Shown: piece by piece, positions 25,501 through 37,500 of the stretch
How the letters are laid out: each line of letters opens with the position of its first letter
Position numbering within the stretch: the stretch's first letter is position 1
Notes under the pieces: model-generated
What the model saw: only the letters and a program-made list of their open reading frames with translations
Database searches by the model: none
What the model was told of the DNA's origin: nothing
NCBI RefSeq assembly: GCF_964204645.1
Contig: NC_134030.1
Location: forward strand, 10,313,947 to 10,377,946
Length of the DNA: 64,000 nt
Direction of reading: 5' to 3'
Origin: Tubulanus polymorphus
Lineage: Eukaryota; Animalia; Nemertea
Made by a program: the position numbers and the translations under genes

Positions 25501-28500
25501 TACACAGGACAGTAGTCAGGAGTTCTCGAGGGCAGTACTTTATGTCCTAAAATATAATTTTTCCATTTTCTATTAAAAAGACAAAAGCATGGAATTAGAA
25601 CCTGGGCCATTCGCCTGCGTGCTCTGTATCTAACCACTAGATCATCAAGTTCTGGCGACTGAATTAGCTTGTAAGTCTGTCTGGCCAATGTGGGGATCCA
25701 TCCAGTTAGCTGTGGTGACCAGTTGTGTGGTCGACACTATTCAGTAACTCGTGTTAAATCTGAACTCTCAATTTGTTTGTGATGATAAATTATCATTCAG
25801 TATTTTGAGAATAGAGATTATGTAAACAGCTTGAAATAGTCAATAGTTTTAACACTGCTCTAACTCTTCATATCATCTCTTACTGCTCTTACTTCTTTCT
25901 TCCTATTGTCTCATCAAATTCTGTCCTCAATTTCAGGTGATCTTTCAATCACTTGAAGGTTCTCTAATGCAAATTCTAAGTGCTATGAATAACTCCAACC
26001 CCAACGAAACTGATCACAACGATTTCTTATACTTGAATTCACTGGCAATGTTATTGTGTAAGAGTAAGTCTAGGTCTACGCCTTTGCTTTCTGATAAGCT
26101 TTTAAAAACTAATATTTTTGCGTTCAGATTTTCACTAAAAACCTCACACAAATTTTAACGAGGACCTTTTTCAAAATTCAGCTCCCTAGGAACTGGAGAA
26201 TGGATAATGCTTTAACGAATGATTTGTATGAATATATGCCCAGTTGCACAGTCAAAGGGCCTTTCCTCTGCAAACCATGTCATTAAAATTCGCTCCATTT
26301 GTATAGTAGGCCAGCCGTAGGCTGAGCCTACAAATAACAGCAAGGACAGATAAATACATTTCGAAACTTTCAGGAGATAGGCGTCGACAAGAATGTATAT
26401 CTATGTCCATAAAGCCTGACAGAATGGCCATATTGGATGTAAACATACACTCAAATCCTAAAAGGGGTTTTAAACCCACTTAATCCATATCAGTTTAATC
26501 GATTTCAATCTAATCTGGACATCATTTTCCATCCATTTTATGTAAAATGCTGATAATTAATCCAGATTTCTCGATTTGGATAAAACAAGCTGACAGTTAT
26601 CTTTTTTCCTAGTGATCTGAGAATACTGTTGTTGATAGAGCAAAATCATTTGTAGAAACCACAATATTTCTCGCGTTAAAATGATATAGAGCTTAAAATG
26701 ACAAACCTATGGAAGATATACATAAAAAGTTACGTCAAGACGTATATAAAAACTTACATAGTTATTTTCACACATGTGTCCTAGGTTGAAATTAGCGACC
26801 TCAAGTCCAGTCTCGGCAGCCAGCATATAATAAAACAAGGCCGTTTCCCTAAACAAGTCGGAAGAAAAAAACGGGTACGTATATTGTATCGACAAGAAGT
26901 ACAACAAACCAAATTCTTAAAACCCTTTCAGTGCTGACTGATTAATACCCGAAAATGCTGGAGATAATTTGAAAATTCCATCCCAGTGCGTTGAATGATG
27001 GGTATACCGTTATAGTGCCTCTACACCACTGTGCGGTGTACCATTATATCCTAATATTTCACGATATTTGTAAGTGCTGCCATCTTTTAATAGAGCTAAA
27101 AACTAATAACATTGATACACCATGATGCGGTGTACTAGCAAAGTCCATCACCGATTTATACACCGCACTGCAGTACAGATTCACTGAAAATGTTAGCTAG
27201 GTAACAGTCTAAATCCACTGTGCTGTTAATCCAAATATGCTGTTAAAAAGTTATAAAGATGAGCTATATTTGTTCTTAGAAAAATGTTTCCATTCTATGA
27301 GCTATGGCATTAATAAGAATGGCATTATATGAACATTGACTGTATACCTTGATTCATGAAACACATTTATGCTTACCATTCTTTTTGTCTGTAAGCATTC
27401 ACTGCTTTCCGTAAAATGTATCCGAGCTTTGGGCTATGTTCACTGATGTATCTTCCCCATCTTAAAAATGAAAGGGAAATTAGTCATCTAAATCAACTAC
27501 TACTTGCCACAAATTCTCAACAATTGGTGTAAGCAAATGTTATGCTGCGACATCAGACTAGCATACATACACAGACCAAATGCATCATAGTCACACTACA
27601 CACAGATTAGGAAAAAGGGAAGGCCCTTTCCATTTTCACTCATTTGGACAATTTTAAAACGCATCGAGCATCACGCACCTTTCAAATTCTATCCAGCCCC
27701 CATCCCAAACACCACCGAAAAATTTGAAAGTTAAACGAGCCTTACCTGAAAGGTGAAGTTTGACTGGAATTCTATAGAGTGAGGTTATGGGTTGGAGATC
27801 AAATGAGATATGCCTCGCGCATGCGCCATCAGTATTCAACAAATACTGTTTTGGAGCCCTAACAATGGGAGTGGAAGGTAGGGCATTTGATCTCCAACCC
27901 AAAACCTCACTCTATAGAATTCCAGTCAAACTTCACCTTTCAGGTAAGGCTCGTTTAACTTTCAAATTCTATTTCGTTTCGGTTATGGGTTTTGGAGATC
28001 CAATGAGACTTCAAAGAAGCGACAAAACAGTAACAACTCAAATGTACGTAGTATTGCGAAAATTTATTAACATATAATCACTTCTTCAATACTCCATCCA
28101 CAAATTTCTGCGAATCATGTACAATTGGTTTTCCATAATACTTAGCAAAAGTAGCTCCGTTTTCAAAATATCTTCCAAAGGCACATCGTTCAGCTTAGCT
28201 TTCGAGGTAGCTGCCGCCCTTACACTATGAGGCTTAAATACTTTTGTATCAATTCCAGCCTGCGACATCGCAGTTTTTACCCATCTGCTTATTGTATCTC
28301 TCGAAACTGCTTTGTATGGTTTTACGTAACTAACAAACAATCTAGGTTCAGATTCCCGAATATCCTTAGTTCTCCTAATATATTCCGACAATGCAAGATG
28401 AGCACAACTTAACCTATTTACATAATACTTTTTAATACAAACATCTGGGGGAATATATCCCCTTCGTGACTGTTTTAAATCGGTTCTCCCAAAATAAAAC

Positions 28501-31500
28501 TTATAATTCTCGTTCTCTTTAATCATCTGATCTAATCGTAACAAACTCAATGACTGCGCTGGTCTGGCAGCCATAATCAACGATAATAACATCACAAGTT
28601 TCAAAGTCAACTGTTTCAAACTTAAAAATCTTACAGGCGATAAACTCACCGCCCAATTTAAAACAAGAGAAACATCCCATATATAAGTATATCTAACCTG
28701 GGGCGGTCTAAGCTTGTACAATCCTTTCATAAATCTAGAGACCAAAGGATGAGCCCCTATACTCATTGAATTATATCTCCCATCAACTTCTACAATCTGA
28801 GCAACAGCAGACCTCGCTGTGTTCACTGCACTGTAACTTAAGGTTTCTACATCAACAAGGTAAACTAAAAATTCGAGATACTGCTCTACAGAGGGATGAA
28901 TTGGATTAACTTTCCATTTATTACAAAACCGTTTCCATTTCCTGAGAAAAACCTCATACTGTTGATGTGTGCCCTTTTTCCATGAGGCCAACAATATCTC
29001 TCTAGTCCTTGTTGAAAACGTCTGTTTTTCTCCTGAACTCCAGAAACTAGACAAGCAACTAATGTCAGTCTGTCCTCCAACGGGTGAGTTTCTCCCTGTC
29101 GCGTTATCAGCCAATCGACTTTCGGCAGAGTTACGGGAATGTCTATCAATAATTTCAAAAGTGTTGTCATCCACGCCTGTGTCGCCCACAGCGGAACTAC
29201 TAATACTGCTGCTGGAGTTTCGTCCATTCGAATCTTCTGTAGGCATCTTCCCACGAGACTGAAAGGTGGAAACATATAACAAAGATTAAATTTCCATGAC
29301 ACATAAAATGCATTGACAAATGTCGCCCCTGGGTCCGGGCGCCAGGATTCATAAATCGGCAACTGTGCATTCATTCTAGAAGCAAATAAGTCAATGTCTG
29401 GTGTCCCATATTTCATCACAATCTTTTTGAATATAGAGGAATCTAACTTCCATTCTGCTTCATCACAGAAATGTCTGCTCTCAAAATCCGCGTCCACATT
29501 TAACTTTCCAGGTATATGTGAAGCTGAAAGCCAGATACCCCTTATTTTACACCATTCCCAGATTTCACGACCCAGGCTATTAAGGCTTTTGACTTTTGTA
29601 CCACCCATATGGTTTATATACGAAATGGCAGATGTGTTGTCTATCTTCAGATGGACATGGGTATCTTTCATTTTTGAACAGAAGGATTTTAGAGCAAAGA
29701 ATCCGGCTTTTAATTCTAAGAAGTTTATAGATTGATTCTCTTCAGCGTCATCTTTCCTCCATCTCCCTCCAGTTCTATTACTCAAGTATTCTGCCCCCCA
29801 GCCTTGAAAGGAAGCATCACTTGAAATAACGGCATTCGGTTCCCCTCGAGATATCTTCCGCTCTGCCGTATGCAGGTTCTCAACCCACCATTTTAATTCC
29901 TGTTTCATCTCACATGATACAATCATTGTTTTATCATAATTTCCTTTACTCTTTTGTAAAGCTATGATTTTCTCACCTTCTAAGTTTCTATAGTACATCA
30001 TTACAATATAGTCCACAGCAGGCAAAGCTGCCACGATGAGTCCTATAACCTTTGCCACAATTCTAATCGTCTCAATGTTCTTCTGTAATAAATTAGAGCA
30101 TTCAGTTAAGATGTACTCTTTTTTCTTTTCAGTCAGAGTGACTATCATTTCATTGGAGTTTATAACGAAACCCAAATGTGTAATAATTTGAGACCCGTCT
30201 TTAGTAGTCTTCTTATAATTAATTATATACCCTAATTCTTCTTGCAACTCAATCGTGTCAACCTTATCCTGCTGGGATTGTGATTCAGTGTCTGAGATGA
30301 TAATTTCATCATCAATGTAACCACTTATTGTTATCCCCATCTTCCTTAAGGAAGATAAAACTGGCTTACACAATTTCGTGTAAGTCCGAGGTCCTGATGC
30401 AAGGCCATTTGGTATGCATGTATACTGATACAATTTTCCATTGAACGTAAACCTAAGCCATCTCCGGTCTTCTGGGTGGACTGATATACAATAATACGCA
30501 TCTTTAACATCAATAGACTGCATAAAACACCCAGGTGTAACCAGCTTGAGAACAGCTTCAAAAGTGTCCATCTTGAAGTGATGGTATTCCAGAAATTTAT
30601 TCAAATTTTTCAAATTCAGAATAACTCGATATGCCCCCTCTTCTTTTTTCGGGCGAATGAAAATATTCGATATAAATTCTGGATAGCTATGATCCGCCAT
30701 TTCAATAACACCTGATTCCAGGAATCTATCAAGCTGCACCTGAATAATTGCAGTTTCTGTATCATTAAATCTCAACGGCTTGGGTACCCAATGCTGAAGT
30801 GGTACCTTACCATCAATAAATTCAAGCCTGTGGCCAGAAACATCTCTCAAGATGGTTACATCTGATGTGATCTTTTTCCAGTTTTCCAAATGAAACTGTA
30901 GACTTCCAGCGGTTTTAATAGTAAAATCTGACTTTCTACTAACCTGACTTAGTCTTGTTTGACTTGTTTCAGACTCTTTCCTTTCTTGTATTTGCTGTGG
31001 CTCGGCCCGCTTCCAGCGTGCAAACGGGACTGCTGGTAGTTTAAATAACTATTCTGTTTTGAGCCGAAATGTTTGTGCATATGGCTATATGGGCTGTACG
31101 ATGTAGATGCGCCGTGCCCTTTCCACGGTCTCCAATTCCAAGCCCTGTTTCTGAAGCCTGAAGTCTGTGGTTTTAACTTAGACCCAACACGGTTCACATC
31201 AGTAATATCTTTAATTGTTTTTTCTACATTTCCTCCGAAAAGTTTATCGGTATGAGGAACAGACGAGGAACACAAATGAGTATACTCATTTTTCAAATCC
31301 GGTTTTAACAGTTCTCTTCGTCGCAAACATAAGTTATGGTATCCATGACCTAGCAGCGCTAAGGCAGAAGAATATTCCTCGATGTCGTTACTCGGCTTCT
31401 CGGCCGATTCGCAAATATTAAACTTATCCGCCAGATAAGTAAGACAGACCGCTGCCTTTGCGATGCAAGTCTGAGTGACTTGCAACTTTGCATCCATTGC

Positions 31501-34500
31501 CTGTGACTTCGTCGAAATAATATCCCAAACCAGTTGGTCAACTTTCACAGGCACGAGACTCTCACAATTGTCCGGTCTCTCATATTTTTTACAAAGGTCT
31601 TTATATGATTCCTCGCTAATCCCTTCTTGGAATAGCCCATGCACAATATTGGCAAGGTCTCCATCCACAGAAACTCCTGTGGTTTCTTTAGTTTGCCATT
31701 TATTCAGCATTGCTGAAAAAATGCTATTAGGCCTACTCGAGCCAGCGGCTTGAGCACTTCCCTCGGCAGAACTTGGTTTGCTCTTTTTTGCTGGTGGAGG
31801 CCCCTCATAGTCCTCATCGTCCGAAATATCATGCCGTTTTGTGCATTGTTGGTCGAAATCGGAAATCGAAACCGAATCACTGCCGACCTCGTCGACGCAC
31901 CCGGCTTCCCACATAACACTCACTTTTTCCTTCATCTCGACCTGGGACTGGATTACTTAAGTCAAAAGTTTCTCGATGCGTTGAAATTCCGAAGCGTTAT
32001 TATTATTAGAATCTTTCTTTTCTTTTACCTTCGAAGACCCGGCAGTTCGACAACGCGACGCGCTAGAACCAGAAATCGCCGCTGTGGAAGGCAAAATCGA
32101 CGTAGCGGAGCTCGCCGCCGCCATTTTGTTTTTCTCGGAATTTCCACCCGACCTCGTCGAGGGCTTCTTCGAGTGTTTTTCCTGGGAAACACTAACACTA
32201 ACAGGAGCCACGCTCCCATCTCCAGGTTCCGGTACCGTTCCTTCTTGCATAATCGATCTCAAATCTTGAAAAACCCGCAAGTGGAACGTAAAATCCGAAA
32301 AATTTTACGAGCGTGAACTCTCACGCCGTGACTCTCGCAATGGCGTCAAGAGGCAACTGATGGCACATGCGCGAGGCATATCTCATTGGATCTCCAAAAC
32401 CCATATATGTTCCCAGGATTTGTTTTGCCCTTACGCAAATCTATGAAACATCTAAACTAGGGGTCCAGGGACACCATGCCCACTTGGGAAGTGGTTTCAA
32501 ATGCTCAACAATCTAACAATTTCAATATTCAACGCCCCCTGGTGACCATTTACAAAAACCAACGACCTTGAAACTCACCACAATCATAGAACATGTCAGC
32601 AGCTACGATTTTGTAATTGATTGCGATAACAAAATATGCCTCGTTACCAATTTAATATGGAAATACTAAGTCATTCTACTATTCAACGCCCCCTGGTGAC
32701 CATATTCAAAACCCAATGACCTCGCAACTCACCACAATCATAGAACATGTCATGAACTACAACTTTGCAACTGATCATGGTAACAAAATATGCCTAGGTA
32801 CCAATATAATAAGGAAATACTAAGTTATTCTACTATTCAACGCCCCCTGGTGACCATATAGAGAAACCAATGTCCTTAAAACTCGCAACAATCATAGATG
32901 ATGTCATGAGCTACAACTTTCCAATTGATTGTGGTTACAAAATATGCATAGGTACGAATATAATAAAGAAATGCTAAGATATTGTATTATTCAACGCCCC
33001 CTGGTGGCCATATTCGAAATCCAATTACGTTGAAACTCACCACAATCATAGAACACGTTATGAGCTACAACTTTCAAATTGATTGTGATAGCAAAATACG
33101 CTTAGGTATCAATATAATGTGGAAAAACTTTTCCCCACTTACGAATGAGTACTGGTGACACAAAGATGGCCGCCAATTGCGGCATAATTGGCTGATGAAA
33201 AATACCTGTCTCAGGTAGAAAACATCCCTTTCCATAGAATACCCATCACAAATTGCAATGAGATATGGCAAACCAGTAGGAAGCTACAGGACTCAGAATT
33301 CGGGCCAAAATTAACATTTTTGGGCACTAAAAAGGTCATAGGACGGCCATCTTGAGTCCGACCGACCCAATTTTTGTTATGTTGATGGGCCCTGGGGGAT
33401 TCACATATATCCGAAAGACCAAAGTAATTGATCAAAGCGTCTTCAAAATTTCCCTCAAAAAGTTCAAAAATGTGTAAAGTGCCGATTTTGGCGAACAACA
33501 ATGGCGGCTAGTCGGCCATCTTGATTCTGACAGGGCCAGTTTTTGGGCTGAAGATGTGTCTAGGGTAGATACATGTGTAACCCAAATATCAAGACATTAC
33601 CTTGAAGCGTCTTCAAAACTTCCCAAAATAACTGGATTCCGTCTACGGACGGACGACGGACGAAAAGTGAACGCAATAGTCTGATGGGACTAAAGTCCCA
33701 AGTGGGCTAAATATCTATGGGCCCAGACACTTATGGGGGACCACTCAAAAACTTTTCATACAAGACGAGAAGCACAACTACTCTGCCATCTGTTGTACAA
33801 TATGATGAAACGAGACAAAATGATAAATCTCGTATTTAGCGCTAAATGCGTAAATGAATACTTACTCAGCTGCCAGGGACGGTTCTCGCTTCCGTCCTGG
33901 AAATCCTCGAATAAAGAAATATCCCATCATCGTCCCGGCGTCAAATTGGTTGCGAACGGCCGCGTATTCATAAAGTTGAAAAGCTTTGACCTTAGGAAAT
34001 CAATAGAAAATCTCATATATCCAGATTCTTTCCGAATAATAGGGGCAAAAGATCTGGAAAAGGGCAAATCAACATGATCCTCAAAGATACAAGTGCAAGA
34101 AGCTCAAGGCCAAAACTAGATTGTGGAATTTTGCAAAAGGGCAATGGAAAATCATGGCTGTGTTACCCAAAATGGAAAATATGGTCTTGATCTGCCAGCG
34201 TACAATAAGCATGTTAAGCCTAAGTCAGGTCGCATGAAAACCGACCCAATTGTCGAAATCGTAAAAAGTCGGGAACCAGTCAGTGATTTTTCAGTCGGCG
34301 AATTTATGCGACAATAATGTAAGCTTACTTAAGATCGTTAAAACTGATTGCAGACCAGTCGTAAGCCAATCGGACATGTTCTATTTCTTACGACCAGCGG
34401 AACAGATCTTATGTGAACTGGGTGTACTTGCGACCGATCGTAAGGTCATATAGCCAATGAACAGCCATGTACACATCACATGACTGGTGACCTGAGTGTA

Positions 34501-37500
34501 GCTAAAATCTTCAACCTCGCAATTTGGCAAGAGTTTTCTTAAGACCGGATCGCAGACAATCGCATCGGATCTAAGTCCTACCTAAGAGTTAGACTTAAAT
34601 ATTCGAAATAGAATTGAATAATATATAACATATATACCCTGTCTACAGGATGATTCGGGTATTGCCCATTCAGGTACATATACGCCAGATTGTGAGCTGC
34701 GTCGACATTTCCCATTCTATACGCCTGGTCATAATATGCAGCAGCCTTCGGGATATTCCGTTCATGATTATGAGCATACCAGCCCAGCGTGTTCAAGGCT
34801 CCCGGGTTTTTCTGAAATGCGTAGAAATTACATAAGCATAAGAGCTTAACTGCCAAACATTAATCATATATCGTAAGTACGATGAAAACGAACTTGCTGA
34901 TAACTAATATCGCAGTAACAATATATCGATTGAAGATCCTTGACTGACAGTGGCCACATTCTAAATTCCATGTATTTTCCCTGATTTCTCACACAGAATT
35001 TCCTCGAGTGAATGTGTGGAATTTCTTAGTTTAAAATGTTACAAGCATTTTCATGAAGGGTGTATCGTTAAACTAACACTTGGTCAATATCCAAAGTCTA
35101 AGTCTGTTTTATACCGGTAGTTTTCCAGGTTTTTTGCAAAATTTGTCAAATTCCCTGAGTTTTCACCCGATCTTTTGCTAGATTTTCTAGAGTCCTTTTC
35201 TAGACTCTTTTCTAGAGTCCCCGAGTTTTCCAGGTTTTCAAGGTCAGTGGCCACCCTGACTGTCCAGACATACCAGACGCTGTTTGCTGAAGAGAGGTTC
35301 CCTTACTCGAGAATTTTCCATTAATCACACTTTCCGTCCCTTACATACCAAATCGGCGCTTTGTTGTAGCAATTCCACAGCTTTTTTCGTATCCTTTTTC
35401 ACTCCCTGGCCCTTCAACGTGACGAGACCGTAATTGTACAGCGATTGCGGATCTCTGCGTTCGGCACCCATCCGGTAAACATCTGCCGCCGCCTCCAGGT
35501 TACGCTGTATTCCTTGTGCGCCCCAATAATACAGAGCTGCCATCTGGTGCTACAAAATGAGAAATAGGTAATGTAGCGGTATTCTGCTACCGCATTACAG
35601 CCAACTCTTCTTAACTCAATTGTGACTGGTGTTCAAGTTAGGTGACAATACGAGATACGCTATAAATCTAATTATTACTATTACTATCATTTTTACAAAT
35701 TGGAGCATCATGCGATATTTGTAATTTCTACAATCTCTTAAAATGGCAACACAGTCAGAGTGATGACTAGACAAAGAAGTAAAGACATAGTGGTCCATAA
35801 AATTGACATACTCAAGTTCCAAAACAATAGGCCTTAATGTAGAGGTCGAACATAGCAAAAACACACTGGGATGGAATTTCTTAGAATTTTCAAATTCAAT
35901 CTGCAGCACTTTCAGGGTATTAATTAGTCAGGGCTGAAAGGATGCATCACTAGTTAGATGATTTTGCCTGTGTATAAAGCTTGTATTTCTTCAAACCGAT
36001 CGAGTACATACCCTAGCAGATGCAACGCCTTGAGCAGCTTGATGTTTTATCCATTGGAAAACGTCGCCATTTTCGTCAGTCTGTTCCTTCATTAAGACTT
36101 CATCGGTTAAACGAACGAATTCTGTCTGGACCTGCGCGATTGTGAACAAAAAATCAATCGATCAATCTTCGCCGATCAGTAAAAAATCCTTCCAACACCC
36201 AGCAACAGAACCGGTTCGGCGAGATAGGGAACCTTTAATTCTAAGCTAATCATCAATAATCAATGAAAATTGAACTGGTACAACCATTCCGTGCATTGGG
36301 ATACTAGGTTCAAATGCGATATGTGGTAGCATGAATGAAACGGGGGTGCAGACATCTGGGGCCAGTTGCTCAAAAGTTTGTTAGAGTTAACCAGTGGATA
36401 GTTGACACAGTGACAATTAAAAGTTCATTGTTATTACGGTGTTTATACACTGGTTATCTCTAACCGACTTTTGAGCAACTGGCTCCTGAACTGTAAGTGG
36501 AGTATCAAATACATGCAAACCAATCACTCAGTCAAATTTTTGGTTGATGGGGCGAGAATGGATTCGGGTGCCTTTCAAAAGTTAATCTATTTTGATTATG
36601 TAGGGCTGAGTGTTTGTCACAGCATCTACCCGGCCTGCAGTTTTCCATTGAAAATACATCATCATTGCACTTACATCCTTAGCGCTGTGTTCTTGCCTAT
36701 CTCTCCACGTCAAGTCTACCATTACTTTATAATACGCTATGAAGAACAAATCAATAACAACCATGTTCAGTTAATACAAGTCTGTAATAAAACATGAATC
36801 ACATGAAGTTCAAGTTATCCAAATCTCAGGAATCATAATTCATTTGAGTATCTTGTCATGGAAGTTAGCTAAGATAAAAGTGTCACAGGTATGTGACGTC
36901 CATGAGCAATGGCTAAGTTAGGTACGGTATTTTCAAGGACAACTGACAGCAGGCAGCATTTCATATTTTTCCCTCGATAGAACCTGATGGCATCAAAGAT
37001 TTAACCACAATACAACATAGGAATTGAACGAAATGCGGCTTTTTGATAGGCCAATAATGACGTAACGGCAATGCTGTGCAACTACTAATGGGTGTATTTA
37101 CGGCGGGGTTTTGTACTGTGGCTGTCTTGGAAGCCAGGAGGCTCGATGCCTGTTGAAAGGACGAATTTCACGTTACAGAGTTTCATTCCCGATATCGCTG
37201 ACTTACAGTAAGCCATCTCCGTATCCTGCGGCAAACCGTCGAGACCTAATAGATGTTTACTAGCGAGCGCTAACAACGAAAATCGGTTCTCTTCGAGTGC
37301 AGCGTACATCAAATATGCATGAGCCTACAATTAAACATGTTTCCAAATGACATCATTTATGCTTTATCAATTCCACGTATAAAACCTATTGTAGCCTCTA
37401 TGTTCCACTTCTCCCGAGCTATATACAGTTTGACTGAACCTCAGATTGCCAAATTCAATGACCTTGAAACTCCAGCAAACGGTGAAGGATATTAATTCTA

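Larger units (their letters stand above)
27714..32405 (-). mobile_element. DIRS1-type tyrosine-recombinase retrotransposon, about 4.7 kb, in SEL1L3 intron 16
   Basis: 5' ITR 32356-32405; 3' ITR 27786-27833 plus extension to 27714; internal complementary region 27884-28008 matching both ends; gag, RT-RNaseH-MT and YR ORFs in DIRS order. Confidence 0.95.

Noticed and set aside
29100-29420. DNA adenine methyltransferase as a horizontally acquired bacterial or phage gene
   Set aside because: It is the known C-terminal domain of DIRS pol, so it is not novel.
31750-32316. 188-aa antisense ORF in the DIRS 5' region
   Set aside because: Non-ATG start, low-complexity antisense reading of GC-rich gag, no recognisable motifs.
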